Source of the DNA: Polyangiales bacterium
GTDB taxonomy: Bacteria > Myxococcota_A > Polyangia > Polyangiales > Polyangiaceae
DNA length: 64,000 bases
Assembly (NCBI GenBank): GCA_038231275.1
Contig: JBBRLQ010000006.1
Coordinates: forward strand, 192,001-256,000
Direction: 5' to 3'
Shown here: piece after piece, positions 56,353 through 64,000 of the stretch
Position numbering within the stretch: position 1 is the stretch's first letter
Layout of the letters: each line of letters starts with the position of its first letter
Notes under the pieces: model-generated
Databases searched by the model: none
Told to the model about the DNA's origin: nothing
What the model saw: the letters and a program-made list of their open reading frames with translations, nothing else
Position numbers and translations under genes: made by a program

Positions 56353-58589
56353 AGCGCGCACCGACGCTCGACGAGATCTTCGCCGTCATGGCGAGCGCGT
56401 CGGTCGGGGACCGCGCCGCGCGGGTCGAGGTTTCCGACGACGCGGACGCCGACGAGCCCGTCACTCGGGTCGCGTTTGCCCTCAACGTCCTGCTCGACGA
56501 CCTCGCACTGCGCGCCGAGGGAGCCGAACGCGAGCTCGCAGCACGCCAGGGGATGGCCGATCGACTGCGCGTGCTGGCCGACGCGTCGGCGGATTTCTCG
56601 GTGGCATCCAACGACGAGCACACCCTCACCGACGAGATCGCCCGCCGCCTCGGCACGGTGGTGCGCGATTTTTGCGCGGTCATGATGATCGCGCGCGACG
56701 GCGCGTCGCTGGTTCCCGTCTCGATGCATGGCCCCGACGACGCGCTCGAAGGCGCGCGCGAGATGTTCGCCGAGCCAATGGCGCTCGCCAGCCACGCCAT
56801 CGCCCGTCGCGTCCACGAGACCGGCGAGCCGTTCTTGGCGCCAAAGCTCGATCGCGTGGCCCTCCAAAATGATGCGTCGCCCCGCGCGGTCGAATTCGGC
56901 AAGCGCATGGGGACGCACAGTATGCTCATCGTCCCGCTGCGGGTGCGGGAGCGGTCGTACGGCCAGATCGTCCTCTTGCGATTCCGAAAGGAGTCGCCAC
57001 CGTTCGACGCGCACGATTTGGATCTCGCGCGCAGCCTCGCCGATCGCGCGGCGCTCGCCGTCGCCAACGCACGGACGCAGTCCGAGCTTCGCGCCTCCGA
57101 GGCCCGTTATCGGATGATGTTCGACGGAAGCCCGCTCCCCAAATGGCTGTTCGATTCAGAGACGCTCCGCTTCCTCGCCGTGAACGACGCGGCGGTGCGT
57201 GAATACGGTTACTCGCGCGAAGAGTTCCTGGCGATGACGCTCGCCGACATCCGCCCGCCCGAGGACGTCGCCGCGATGCGCGAGGCCGTGCAGCTGCCGA
57301 ACCGCGGACGGAGCACCAGCGTCTGGCGCCACCAAAAGAAGAACGGCGCCATCATCCAGGTCGAGCTCACGGCGCACAGCGTGCACGTCGATGGCCGGGC
57401 CTGTCGCCTCGTCGTCGCGCGCGACCTCACGGAGCGCGCGCGCCTCGAAGAGCAGCTCCGGCAGTCGCAAAAGATGGATGCGGTCGGCAGGCTGGCCGGC
57501 GGCGTCGCGCACGACTTCAACAACCTCCTCTCCGTCATCCTCAGCTGCGGAGAGATGGCGCTCGCCGACATGTCTCCGAACGAGCCGTCGCGCGCGGACG
57601 TGCAGGAGATCATGAAGGCGGGCTCGCGCGCCGCCGAGCTCACCCGGCAGCTCTTGACCTTCAGCCGACAGCGCCTCATGCAGCCCAAGGTCCTGACGCT
57701 CGACACGCTGCTCGCGAGCATGGACAAGATGCTCCGCCGCATCATCGGGGAGGACATCGAGCTCGTTTCCGTCGCCGCGCCGTCCGGCAAGGTTCGCGTC
57801 GATCCGGGCTCGATCGAGCAGGTGATCCTGAACCTGGTCGTGAACGCGCGCGACGCGATGCCGACGGGCGGCAAGCTCACGATCGAGGTCGCCAACGTGA
57901 TGCTCGAAAAGGCCTACGCCGAGGAGCACCTGGGGGCGGCGCCGGGGCCGCACGTGATGCTCGCGGTCACCGACACCGGCGTCGGCATGGACCGGACGAC
58001 TCAGGCGCGTATCTTCGAGCCGTTCTTCACGACGAAGGAACAAGGGAAAGGGACCGGCCTCGGCCTCTCCACCGTCTTCGGCTTCGTGCGCCAGTGCGGC
58101 GGCAGCATCTGGGTCTACAGCGAGCCGGGCAAGGGCGCGACGTTCAAGATCTACTTCCCCCGCGTCGACGCCGCGCTCGATCCCCTCTCGATCGAGACCG
58201 GGGCCGCGACCATGCGCGGCACGGAGACGGTCCTCCTCGTCGAGGACGACGCCCAGGTCCGGTCGGTCGCGAGCTCCATCCTGACGCGCAGCGGCTACAC
58301 GGTTCTCGAGACGCGCCTCATCGAAGATGCCGTGGCGTACTGCGCGGAGCACCCCGATCCCATCCACCTTTTGCTCACTGACGTCGTCATGCCGCGAATC
58401 AGCGGCCCCGAGCTGGCGAAGCAGCTCACCGCGATCCGGCCGCGAATGCGTGTACTCTACATGTCCGGGTACACGGACGACAGCGTGGTGCGCCACGGCG
58501 TCATCGACGACGCGGTGGCATACCTCCAGAAGCCGCTGACGCCGGAGGGCCTGACCCGCAAGGTCCGCGAAGTGCTCGACGCCCCGTGA
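56349..58589 (+). CDS. Cytoplasmic hybrid histidine kinase (HAMP-like-GAF-PAS-HisKA-HATPase-REC)
   Basis: GTG at 56349; AHDFNNLL, NLVVNARDAM, DTGVG, GTGLGL; REC VEDD..TDVVMP..KP. Confidence 0.92.
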   Translation: MKRAPTLDEIFAVMASASVGDRAARVEVSDDADADEPVTRVAFALNVLLDDLALRAEGAERELAARQGMADRLRVLADASADFSVASNDEHTLTDEIARRLGTVVRDFCAVMMIARDGASLVPVSMHGPDDALEGAREMFAEPMALASHAIARRVHETGEPFLAPKLDRVALQNDASPRAVEFGKRMGTHSMLIVPLRVRERSYGQIVLLRFRKESPPFDAHDLDLARSLADRAALAVANARTQSELRASEARYRMMFDGSPLPKWLFDSETLRFLAVNDAAVREYGYSREEFLAMTLADIRPPEDVAAMREAVQLPNRGRSTSVWRHQKKNGAIIQVELTAHSVHVDGRACRLVVARDLTERARLEEQLRQSQKMDAVGRLAGGVAHDFNNLLSVILSCGEMALADMSPNEPSRADVQEIMKAGSRAAELTRQLLTFSRQRLMQPKVLTLDTLLASMDKMLRRIIGEDIELVSVAAPSGKVRVDPGSIEQVILNLVVNARDAMPTGGKLTIEVANVMLEKAYAEEHLGAAPGPHVMLAVTDTGVGMDRTTQARIFEPFFTTKEQGKGTGLGLSTVFGFVRQCGGSIWVYSEPGKGATFKIYFPRVDAALDPLSIETGAATMRGTETVLLVEDDAQVRSVASSILTRSGYTVLETRLIEDAVAYCAEHPDPIHLLLTDVVMPRISGPELAKQLTAIRPRMRVLYMSGYTDDSVVRHGVIDDAVAYLQKPLTPEGLTRKVREVLDAP

Positions 58590-58610
58590 TGCGAGCGACG
58601 CCGCCGAGCC

Positions 58611-60890
58611 TCACGGCGTCGGCGTGATTCCCATCTCCTTCACGAGGTGCTTGGCGCCGTCGACGGTGTCCATCGTCCAGATCATGTAGCGCGCGTCCGC
58701 GTGGATCGAGCGCGTCGTCGCGCCGTTGAAGACGACGTTGGACGCGACGCCCTCGATGTTGCCGTCGAACACCAGTCCCACGAGCTCACCCTTGTCGTTC
58801 AGCGTCGGCGAGCCGGAGTTGCCGCCCGTGATGTCCAGATCGCTCAAGAAATCGATCGGGAGCTCGCCGCCGAGCGACGGGTCGGCGTATGCGCCGAAGC
58901 GCTTGGCCTTGAGCGCCTCGAGGAGTCCCTTCGGCGCGTCGTACGGGGGCTTGCCGGTGTTCTTGGTCAGGATCTCGGAGCCGACCGTGAACGGCTGATC
59001 GGCCGGCGCGGTGGACTCGGGCTTGAGCGAGCGCACCGTGCCGTACGTGACGCGGAGCGTGAAGTTCGCGTCGGGCGCCAGCATTCCGCCTTGCACTTCG
59101 CGCAGCCCCAGCACGTACGACGGCATGACGAGGAGCATCTCGCCCGTGCGCGCGTCGGCCTTCTTCTCCTCGGATTTGTAGATCGGCCAGATGCGGAGCG
59201 CCGCTTGGACGAACGGATCCTTCGACGCCGCGAGCGCCTTCGGGGTGCCGGTCTGCAGGAGGTCGAGGCGCAGCTTCTCGTCCTCGAGCAGCGCGGAGGA
59301 GTACCATCCGTCGAGCGTCTTCTCGACGAAGGCGACGTCGATCTTGGCGCCGGGCTTGGCCCCGAGCAGCGTCGTCAGCCACGGACGCTCGGCGTCGGGG
59401 AGCTTCACGGCGCGCACGAGGGAGCCGCGGAGCAGCGCGCGATCAATCGCGCGATCGTAGGCCTTCGCGAGCTGCTTCTGTCCGCCGATGGCGCGCGGGA
59501 GATCGCGCTCTTGGAAGCCGGGCTTGCGATCGGCGTCCTTCTTGTCGCGCTCCTCGGCCCAGCGCACGAGCGCGATGGCCGTTCCCAGCATGCGCGATGC
59601 GGAGAACGTCTGGCCTCGCTCGAAGTCGGCCTTGCGGGTCTTGCGCTGGTCTGCGAGGAGCGACTCGAGCTTGTCGATGGCGGTCTTGTGCGCGGCCTTG
59701 TCCGGCTGCGCGGCCCACGCCTTCACCTTCTGATCCAGCTCGTCCTTGCGCTTCACGAGGTCGCCCTTGGTGAGCCCTGCGAGGACGCCTTCGCGGTTCT
59801 CGACGCCGTTCTGCACGCCCTGCTTGAGCACGCCCGCCTTGATGCCGGTCTCGCCGCCCATCGCCACGTGCGCCTCGGCGATCGCGTAGCGCTCCTTCAA
59901 GAACGCGATCAGGTACGGGAGGAAGACGTCGACGTCGTAGTGCACCTCCGACGCGGTGTCGGTACGCGACGTCGCGCCGGGATACCCGGTGACCATGACG
60001 AGATCGCTGGGCCGGACGCCGGCGGTCGACACCTTGAGGACCTGCTTCGGCTTGTACGGCACGTTGTCCGGCGAGTACTCGGCGGGCTTGCCGTCCTTGC
60101 CGACGTACGCGCGGTAAAACGAAAAGTCGCCGGTGTGGCGGGGCCACGCCCAGTTGTCGATCTCGCCACCGTAGTTGCCGACGGAGCGCGGCGGCGCGTA
60201 GACCAGACGCACGTCTTTAATTTCGAGCGTCTCGACGAGCTGGTACATGCCGCCGCCAAAGTACGTCGAGACCTGGCAGCGCAGCTCGGGGCGATCCTTC
60301 TCGCACGCCGCGACGATCTGCTTCTTGCGCTTGTCGACCTCGTCCTTGCGGGCGACCGGGTCTTTGATCTTTTCGAGGCCGTCGCGGATGTCTTTCGTCA
60401 CGTCGCGGAAGGCCTGCGCCACGTTCATGCGCTGCGCGGCGCCGGCGTGCTTCTCTTCGGCGCGCGTCTTGGCGAGAAACCCGGTCTCGACGAGGTTGTG
60501 ATCGGGCGTCGAGTTGTTCTGCAGCGCCCCTTGGACGCAGTGGTGATTGGTGACGACGAGCCCTTCGCTCGACACGAAGGAGCCGGTGCACCCCGGCAGG
60601 AGAACGATCGCACCGAGGGGCGCGCCGAGCGGATCGGCGAGCGTCTTCACATCGATTTTGAGGCCCATCTTGGAGAGGGTCTCGGCGTGCTGGGGCAAGG
60701 TCAGCTGCTCCGGCATCCACATGCCGCCAGGGTTCGAGAAGCCGCGGCGGAAGCCGAGCGTCGGGTCGGGAGGCCCCGGCTCCTGCGTGCCGCCTCCGGG
60801 CGGGGGCGTCTTGGGCAGCGGGGTGTTCTGGAGCTCACCGCCGCCGCACGCGGCGAGGAGGACGGCCGAGAGGAGCACGTGACGTTTCAT
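58611..60890 (-). CDS. S46 family peptidase (DPP7/DPP11-like), lipoprotein
   Basis: GGMWMP, TNHHC, DNWAWPRHTGD, PDANFTLR, DITGGNSGSP, FDGN. Confidence 0.93.
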   Translation of the reverse strand: MKRHVLLSAVLLAACGGGELQNTPLPKTPPPGGGTQEPGPPDPTLGFRRGFSNPGGMWMPEQLTLPQHAETLSKMGLKIDVKTLADPLGAPLGAIVLLPGCTGSFVSSEGLVVTNHHCVQGALQNNSTPDHNLVETGFLAKTRAEEKHAGAAQRMNVAQAFRDVTKDIRDGLEKIKDPVARKDEVDKRKKQIVAACEKDRPELRCQVSTYFGGGMYQLVETLEIKDVRLVYAPPRSVGNYGGEIDNWAWPRHTGDFSFYRAYVGKDGKPAEYSPDNVPYKPKQVLKVSTAGVRPSDLVMVTGYPGATSRTDTASEVHYDVDVFLPYLIAFLKERYAIAEAHVAMGGETGIKAGVLKQGVQNGVENREGVLAGLTKGDLVKRKDELDQKVKAWAAQPDKAAHKTAIDKLESLLADQRKTRKADFERGQTFSASRMLGTAIALVRWAEERDKKDADRKPGFQERDLPRAIGGQKQLAKAYDRAIDRALLRGSLVRAVKLPDAERPWLTTLLGAKPGAKIDVAFVEKTLDGWYSSALLEDEKLRLDLLQTGTPKALAASKDPFVQAALRIWPIYKSEEKKADARTGEMLLVMPSYVLGLREVQGGMLAPDANFTLRVTYGTVRSLKPESTAPADQPFTVGSEILTKNTGKPPYDAPKGLLEALKAKRFGAYADPSLGGELPIDFLSDLDITGGNSGSPTLNDKGELVGLVFDGNIEGVASNVVFNGATTRSIHADARYMIWTMDTVDGAKHLVKEMGITPTP

Positions 60891-60953
60891 GACGCTCGAC
60901 TTACCACCAAAAAAGCGGGGCGCGTGCCGATTCGCTCCAGAGGGCGAGCTGCG

Positions 60954-61712
60954 TCAGGTGACGAGCTGCGTCAGGACTTCGTGGCCCGTCGGGGTGACGA
61001 GGACGGTGTGCTCGAACTGGGCGGAGAGCGAGCCATCGGCGGTTCGCACGGTCCAGCCGTCGGCGTCTACCACGGTCTCCGGGCCGCCGAGGTTGATCAT
61101 CGGCTCGATGGTGAAGGTCATGCCGGCCTTGAGACGGAGACCAGCCCCGCGCGTGCCGGCGTGGGGGACGTGGGGCTCCATGTGCATTTTGCACCCAATT
61201 CCGTGGCCGCCGTAATCGCGGACGACCGAACATCCCTCGCGCTCCGCGAGCTCTTGGATGGCGGCGCCGACGTCGCCGATGCGCACGCCGTCTCGGACGA
61301 CGGCGATGCCTGCGTCGCGGCAGCGGCGGGCGACGTCGACGACGTGAAGCGCCTCCGGGCTCGCCGCGCCGATGACGAACGTGGCCGACGTGTCGCCGTG
61401 GAATCCGCCGAGCATCGTCGTCACGTCGACGTTCACGATGTCACCGGGCGCGAGGACATCGGTGCGGCGCGGGATGCCGTGGCAGACGACGTCGTTCTTG
61501 CTCGTGCACACCGACGCGGGGAAGCCCTTGTACCCGAGCTGGCTCGGAGCGCCGCCGAGCGTCGCCGTGTGCTCCCGGACCCACGCGTCGATGGCGGAGG
61601 TGGGCGTGCCGGCGGCGAGGCGTTCGCCGACGTGCGCGAGGGTCCTCGCCGCGGCCTGGCCCGCGCGACGCAGCGCAGCGATTTCGGTAGGCCCATGGAG
61701 GACGATCGCCAT
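60954..61712 (-). CDS. map: Type I methionine aminopeptidase
   Basis: CHGIP, NVDVT, HGDTS, GHGIG, TIEPM, QFEHT metal ligands intact. Confidence 0.95.
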   Translation of the reverse strand: MAIVLHGPTEIAALRRAGQAAARTLAHVGERLAAGTPTSAIDAWVREHTATLGGAPSQLGYKGFPASVCTSKNDVVCHGIPRRTDVLAPGDIVNVDVTTMLGGFHGDTSATFVIGAASPEALHVVDVARRCRDAGIAVVRDGVRIGDVGAAIQELAEREGCSVVRDYGGHGIGCKMHMEPHVPHAGTRGAGLRLKAGMTFTIEPMINLGGPETVVDADGWTVRTADGSLSAQFEHTVLVTPTGHEVLTQLVT

Positions 61713-61794
61713 CGATCGAGCGTGGCCGGGACCGGCCGGGGGATCCAATACCGTTTCGATCTCGAAGAGTCGGAGCTCTGCTACATTGATCCCT

Positions 61795-62052
61795 GTGAGC
61801 TTCTCCCAGGTCCGCTACTTCGTCGCTGTCGCGGAGGAAGGCCATGTCGGGCGCGCGGCGCAGCGGCTTCGTATCGCGCAGCCACCGCTCAGCCGGCAGA
61901 TCCGGGCGCTCGAGGACGAGCTCGGCACGCCGCTCTTTACGCGGACGTGCCGCGGGATGCGCTTGCTCCCGACCGGCGAGGTGTTCCTCGCCCACGCGCG
62001 GCGCATCTTGTCGACGGTGGACGACGCCGTCGCCTCGGTGAAGCGCGGATAG
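61795..62052 (+). CDS. LysR-type HTH-only regulator (85 aa)
   Basis: [35 protein letters not shown]; stops after the linker helix. Confidence 0.85.
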   Translation: MSFSQVRYFVAVAEEGHVGRAAQRLRIAQPPLSRQIRALEDELGTPLFTRTCRGMRLLPTGEVFLAHARRILSTVDDAVASVKRG

Positions 62053-62072
62053 GCCGACCGTCCGGCCCTCCG

Positions 62073-64000
62073 CTACTTCAGATCGACGACCTGCATTCCC
62101 CAGTAGCCGCTCGACACGAAGAGCTTGTCGTCCTGGCGCGAGAGCGACGCGACCGACCAGCCGCGCGTGCGGACGAACTTGTCGAACTTCGGCGCCGCAT
62201 GGGGCGACAGGTGGTAGACGTCGATGCCCTGATCACCCCAGCCGGAGCTGAGGATGGCGCGATCGCCCTCGACCCCGAGGAGCCAGCCCCAGCCGGCCGT
62301 GGTCGCCACGCGATCGATGGGGCGCCTCGGGCTCGTCAGATCGATCTGGTGGAGCGACACCTCCGGTGCGTCGTTGGCTGCCCAGGTGTACCGCTCGGCC
62401 GACGCCCACGCGGTGTTGCCGCGGACGAAGACGTTGCCGACCCAGCCGCTGAGCGGCGTCGCGCTCTCGAGGAACGCGGTGTCGCCCTCGATGCGAACCA
62501 CGTCCAGATCGTTGCGCGGTTGGCCCTCGCTGCCGTCGTACCAACGATAGTCGATGGTGTAGAGGAGCGAGGGATCGGTCTCGGAGCCGCCGACGAGCAC
62601 GCCGGGGACGTTGATCTTCGCGCCGACCCGCGGGTGGGCGCGGTCGGAGAGATCGATGCGATCGAGGTAGTAGCGGACCTGGCCGCGCGTCGGATCGGTG
62701 TCGGCGATCCACTCGTAGTGGCTCGCGTAGAGCGTCTTGCCGACGACGGTGAGATTGCCCCACCACGCGTCAGAGTCACGCGTGACGACCGTGGACGCGA
62801 TGCGAGGCGCGTCGGGGTTCGCGAGGTCGACGACGTACAGCGACTGGCGCTCGTCCTCGTAGCGGCCGCTTCCGTCGAAGACCGGCTGCCAGCGTCGGAA
62901 CGCGAGGACGTCGGCGCCGACCTGGACGACCTCGGCGCCGTCGTACCAGTCGTTCCAGTAGTAACCGTAGTAGCCGCCGTACCAGCCACCGTAGTAGCCG
63001 CCGTACCAACCACCGGCCGCGTTGGTCGGAACCGGCAGAGCCACCGAACCGCGGAGGCGCGCGCCGTTGTTCGACAAGTCGATGATCTGCACCTTCTGCT
63101 GAATTCCCCCGCATTGGCCGCCGGTGGGGCCGACGCCGCCCGCGCAGATCGCCGGGAGGTTCGTACTCGTGACCGCGTACGCGAGATCGCCGTTGCGGAA
63201 GACACGGGTGGCGACGCCGTCGATGTCGAGCGTGAGCGCGGAGGGCTCGTCGTGCGACTCCTCGGCGTTGGCGATGGGGAGGACGCGGACCTCCGAGCGC
63301 GAGCGATCATTGCCCCACCAGTCGCTCGAGATTTGCGCGACCGTGGCCCCTTGCGGCTGCCCGGCGATGACGTTGCGCGCGAGGGTCAGCTCGGTCACCA
63401 CGCGCGGGGCGTCGTGGTTGGTGTAGTCGACGACCGATAGCGAGAGATCGCTGAGCGCGACCACGCGGTTTTTCACGAAGATTCCGCGCTCGACCCAGCC
63501 GCGCGTCTTCGCGGCGCCGGCGGTGCGGATCGTCGTCGGCGTGAACTCGATGATCTGGGTGCCGTCGCTGTACTGATCGTACTGCGCGCTCCAACCGCTG
63601 AACGGCAGCACGACGAGGCCCTGCGCGTCGTCTTTGGTGAACGCCTTGAACGTGCTCGCCGCCGGCGTCCACGCCCAGCCGTCCCCGAAGTTCGACGTGC
63701 CAAGGAGCTTCGGAGCCACTGGATCGGTGACGTCGAGGTACTTGAGCGAGACGCTGTTCGACGGGCCCGTGTAGTCGTTGCCCAGCGCGAACAGGCGATT
63801 GCCCGAGGGGATCATGAGCCACACGTTGCCCGGGATCTGCGCGGAGCCGGTGAGCTTGGGCGCGTCGGCGTTCGACAGATCGTAGACCTGGAACGGCGTG
63901 CCGTCGGCGCCCGGCCGGTAGTAGTAGTTGCCGGGGACGAGGTACATGCGCGCGCCGTCAAAGCGCGCCGCGATGTCCCAACCGGTCGAGGGGATCGTGA
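62073..64000 (-). CDS. Beta-propeller domain protein (5' end outside the window)
   Basis: Repeated DLS..DAPK..G, KAFT.D...LVVLPF, VERG blades; the frame stays open to the window edge. Confidence 0.8.
   Translation of the reverse strand, partial: TIPSTGWDIAARFDGARMYLVPGNYYYRPGADGTPFQVYDLSNADAPKLTGSAQIPGNVWLMIPSGNRLFALGNDYTGPSNSVSLKYLDVTDPVAPKLLGTSNFGDGWAWTPAASTFKAFTKDDAQGLVVLPFSGWSAQYDQYSDGTQIIEFTPTTIRTAGAAKTRGWVERGIFVKNRVVALSDLSLSVVDYTNHDAPRVVTELTLARNVIAGQPQGATVAQISSDWWGNDRSRSEVRVLPIANAEESHDEPSALTLDIDGVATRVFRNGDLAYAVTSTNLPAICAGGVGPTGGQCGGIQQKVQIIDLSNNGARLRGSVALPVPTNAAGGWYGGYYGGWYGGYYGYYWNDWYDGAEVVQVGADVLAFRRWQPVFDGSGRYEDERQSLYVVDLANPDAPRIASTVVTRDSDAWWGNLTVVGKTLYASHYEWIADTDPTRGQVRYYLDRIDLSDRAHPRVGAKINVPGVLVGGSETDPSLLYTIDYRWYDGSEGQPRNDLDVVRIEGDTAFLESATPLSGWVGNVFVRGNTAWASAERYTWAANDAPEVSLHQIDLTSPRRPIDRVATTAGWGWLLGVEGDRAILSSGWGDQGIDVYHLSPHAAPKFDKFVRTRGWSVASLSRQDDKLFVSSGYWGMQVVDLK

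Noticed and set aside
60905..60940. Terminator or sigma-54 site between map and the S46 peptidase
   Set aside because: The stem is imperfect and the -12 element is poor; the alternatives cannot be distinguished from sequence alone.
58647..63440. 1597-aa plus-strand ORF
   Set aside because: Mostly an antisense shadow of the S46 peptidase, map and beta-propeller genes. Stop-poor frames are expected at this GC content, and it has no motifs.
1..64000. tRNA, rRNA, IS elements, integrases
   Set aside because: Intergenic gaps are short, and I saw no cloverleaf, rRNA-like tract, transposase or recombinase motifs. A covariance-model search was not run.

Overview
Very GC-rich bacterial chromosomal DNA. 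The gene content suggests Myxococcota, probably Polyangiales/Labilithrix-like (inference): many lipoproteins, sigma-54 activators, hybrid kinases, an FHA-DUF4388 protein and SpoIIAA/SEC14-like proteins. There are about 55 densely packed CDSs. Housekeeping and cofactor genes include nadE (partial), pncB, gltX, ccmB, nadD, fhs, kdd, hisD, upp and map. Signalling genes are three histidine kinases, a TPR-containing sigma-54 activator and an HTH-only LysR. Secreted or envelope genes include a lytic transglycosylase, an S46 peptidase, a giant metzincin lipoprotein and beta-propellers. I see no rRNA, tRNA, CRISPR array, transposase or integrase. Most notable: (1) a translationally coupled GNAT/acyl-synthase-like gene plus heme-oxygenase-like diiron oxidase gene facing a SEC14/STAS-like gene (8.9-10.8 kb), a candidate small-molecule signal module; (2) a chimeric recombination scar at 17.25-17.39 kb made of diverged copies of both flanking genes, next to a (CCGACT)n array, suggesting two alleles of a variable cargo slot stacked in tandem; (3) a probably inactive phosphoesterase fold coupled to nadD; (4) a perfect CpxR-type box before a Spy/CpxP lipoprotein; (5) a nucleotidyltransferase/small-protein TA-like pair. 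All family assignments come from motif recognition by eye, not database searches.
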